A program made the position numbers and the translations under genes. A stretch of 64,000 bases of DNA, from the NCBI GenBank assembly GCA_963846575.1, contig CAWJWJ010000002.1, forward strand, positions 864,001 to 928,000, in the 5' to 3' direction. Position 1 is the first letter of the stretch; each line of letters begins with the position of its first letter. The stretch is from an uncultured Nitrospiraceae bacterium. Lineage in GTDB: Bacteria > Nitrospirota > Nitrospiria > Nitrospirales > Nitrospiraceae. The notes below the pieces were generated by a model. The model saw only the letters and a list, made by a program, of their open reading frames with translations, ran no database searches and was not told the DNA's origin. This document shows positions 62,245 through 64,000 of the stretch, piece by piece.

Positions 62245-62922
62245 ATGAGGAACCGAATGGCCGGAACAGGTTGGCGAAGCGCTGTGCCGCTTGCGCTCGC
62301 TCTCGCATGCGCCACCGGGTTCATGATCACCGGCTGCGCGAGGTTACCCTACACGACGAGGACGGTGCATGAGGATGAGCGGACGGTCGTCAGCGTGCAA
62401 CAGGAGGTTCAGTCGCGTGGGTACACGCATCCGATCCGGGTAACCGCGACAGGTGTCACCGCGATTCTCAGGGGATTTTCCATACGTGAACAACAGCGTT
62501 TGCCCTTGCGGTGGTTTGCCGAAGAGACGCCGCCCAAACCCTTATTCCGGGAGGATGAACTTCAGGCGCTGGTGCCCCCCCTCACTAAAGCCGTTCAGCA
62601 GTTAGGAGCCGATGAACGGGCACATTTCGAGGTCCGTGGGCCTGGCCTCAATCCCGAGTACGGACGCGATACCGTGGCCGGCTGGATCGCTGCGCGGGAC
62701 CCCTACCTGTATTTGACGGTCGAATACTTTCACGTTCAAATTCCGATCCGGAAGTCAGACCAGTACGATTACAACTATCCCCTGCCTCCGCCTACGCCGA
62801 AAAACTACATCCTCTATTTCGAGCCGGGCCGCTTTTGGGTCACCGACGACAAGGGGGGCCGTGCAGTCGAGTTTCGACAATTTCTCAAATCGGGAGAGGC
62901 CGGCGCAGCCGGTGCCCATTAA
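62245..62922 (+). CDS. Hypothetical lipoprotein (paralog of 544..1284)
   Basis: Lipobox ITGC; RTVHED..HP..LFREDEL..LVPPL pattern shared with 544..1284. Confidence 0.75.
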   Translation: MRNRMAGTGWRSAVPLALALACATGFMITGCARLPYTTRTVHEDERTVVSVQQEVQSRGYTHPIRVTATGVTAILRGFSIREQQRLPLRWFAEETPPKPLFREDELQALVPPLTKAVQQLGADERAHFEVRGPGLNPEYGRDTVAGWIAARDPYLYLTVEYFHVQIPIRKSDQYDYNYPLPPPTPKNYILYFEPGRFWVTDDKGGRAVEFRQFLKSGEAGAAGAH

Positions 62923-62997
62923 GGTTCTCCTTGCCGGCATCTCTGCCCGGACGTTGATGACCGCAAGGGACTCTTTGCCCATACAGGAGACGGCCCC

Positions 62998-64000
62998 ATG
63001 ATCAGACGATGGCCACGCAGCCATAGCGACCACGACCCGGGAATCAGAGTTCTGCTCCAGCTGCTGATTGTGTTGGTCGCATCGTTCACCTGCCCGGCGG
63101 GGATACTGGCGGCAGAGACCGGCAGGTTGGTGGAAAAAAATGGCAACTACGTCTTCGTCGAGAGTATGGATCCGTCCTTGAAGCTCCTGCTCGAACGGTC
63201 GGTCCAGAACGGCATGATCACGCAAGAGGAATATAACCGCGTGGTCCAGGACTCGGAGGAACGGGCGCAGTTGTTGATGCCGAGTTTTCGTGGTTGGTAC
63301 GACCGCGGATTCAACCTCTCGTTCAATGACAACGCCTTTTTTCTGAAGATCCGGTTCCGGAGCCAGATGCGGTTTACCCAACGGCTCAGGAACGAGGCCT
63401 GGCGCAATCCCGGAGAAGCCAAGAACTTTCCCGAACTGCTGGGGGTGTTCGGCGATTACCGCGCCAATCGTTCGGAGAGCACCGCCTCATCATTCAATAT
63501 CAGGCGGTTGCGGTTGTATTTCATGGGGCATCTCTTTGATCCGGACTTCAAATACTATATCCAAATGCGGGCAGAGACGGCGGAGAATGCACAGTCTCCC
63601 GGGTCCCTCTCGCTCATGGACGTGAATTTCACCTCCACGCACGTGCCCTGGATGAATGTCCAGTTCGGCCAGTACAAAGTGTATTTCAACCGGTCACAGA
63701 TCAATTCGACGGCCTCGATGCAGTTTGCGGAACGCGCATTGGTTCAGGATGCGTTCACGGCCAGCGGCCTGGATCGACGCGATGTCGGTATTACGATCAT
63801 GAATGACGAAGAGCTGTTTCCCGTTAACTACTACTTCGGTGTCTTCAACGGCGCGGGACCGAGTTTCAACCGGCTTGGCTCGTTCGGCTCAGAACAAGCC
63901 ACTGAGGGCTGCCCCGGCGGCCAGACCGGCGGGAATCCGTTCCCGTCTCCGGCCAACTGTCCCGTCAATCAACGGAATTTGAACGCGAATCTGCGGCTCG
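62998..64000 (+). CDS. Outer membrane porin, OprO/OprP-like (3'-truncated by window end; not in ORF track)
   Basis: AGGAG-ATG at 62998, frame open to the end; FNIRRLRLYFMGH, VQFGQYKV.F, MQFAER, RDVG, YYFGVFNG. Confidence 0.85.
   Translation, partial: MIRRWPRSHSDHDPGIRVLLQLLIVLVASFTCPAGILAAETGRLVEKNGNYVFVESMDPSLKLLLERSVQNGMITQEEYNRVVQDSEERAQLLMPSFRGWYDRGFNLSFNDNAFFLKIRFRSQMRFTQRLRNEAWRNPGEAKNFPELLGVFGDYRANRSESTASSFNIRRLRLYFMGHLFDPDFKYYIQMRAETAENAQSPGSLSLMDVNFTSTHVPWMNVQFGQYKVYFNRSQINSTASMQFAERALVQDAFTASGLDRRDVGITIMNDEELFPVNYYFGVFNGAGPSFNRLGSFGSEQATEGCPGGQTGGNPFPSPANCPVNQRNLNANLRL

Noticed and set aside
1..64000. tRNA, rRNA, CRISPR array, IS elements
   Set aside because: No cloverleaf or T-loop context, regularly spaced repeats or transposase ORFs noticed by eye; tRNAscan, Infernal and CRISPR finders would be needed to exclude them formally

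Overview
GC-rich bacterial chromosomal window. The gene repertoire and style suggest Nitrospira/Nitrospirota; this is inference only, as no marker gene is present. It carries about 50 CDSs: a cyclophilin, an RND efflux operon headed by a response regulator behind a candidate sigma-54 promoter, a lower-GC glycosyltransferase islet, two exported TPR proteins, BON and general-stress genes, a PAS hybrid kinase, PPi-dependent PFK, aldose epimerase, a Ycf46-type AAA ATPase, a DnaJ-ERCC4 fusion, galE, a Mg2+ cluster (DUF21, mgtE, soluble MgtE domain, MscS-like), ychF, trmL, kup, tex, an NtrC-type two-component pair, and a molybdate-uptake-like module running off the right edge. Most notable: (1) a co-oriented CCAEP-tail radical SAM / DUF169 / ATP-grasp trio resembling an uncharacterised small-molecule biosynthetic cassette; (2) a Tat-exported, plant-type polyphenol oxidase followed by a free-standing copy of its C-terminal shielding domain; (3) an orphan contractile-injection sheath gene; (4) a J-domain fused to an ERCC4 nuclease fold. 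Three genes are broken by -1 frameshifts, mostly in short runs, which may be sequencing errors. No rRNA, tRNA, CRISPR array or transposase was recognised.
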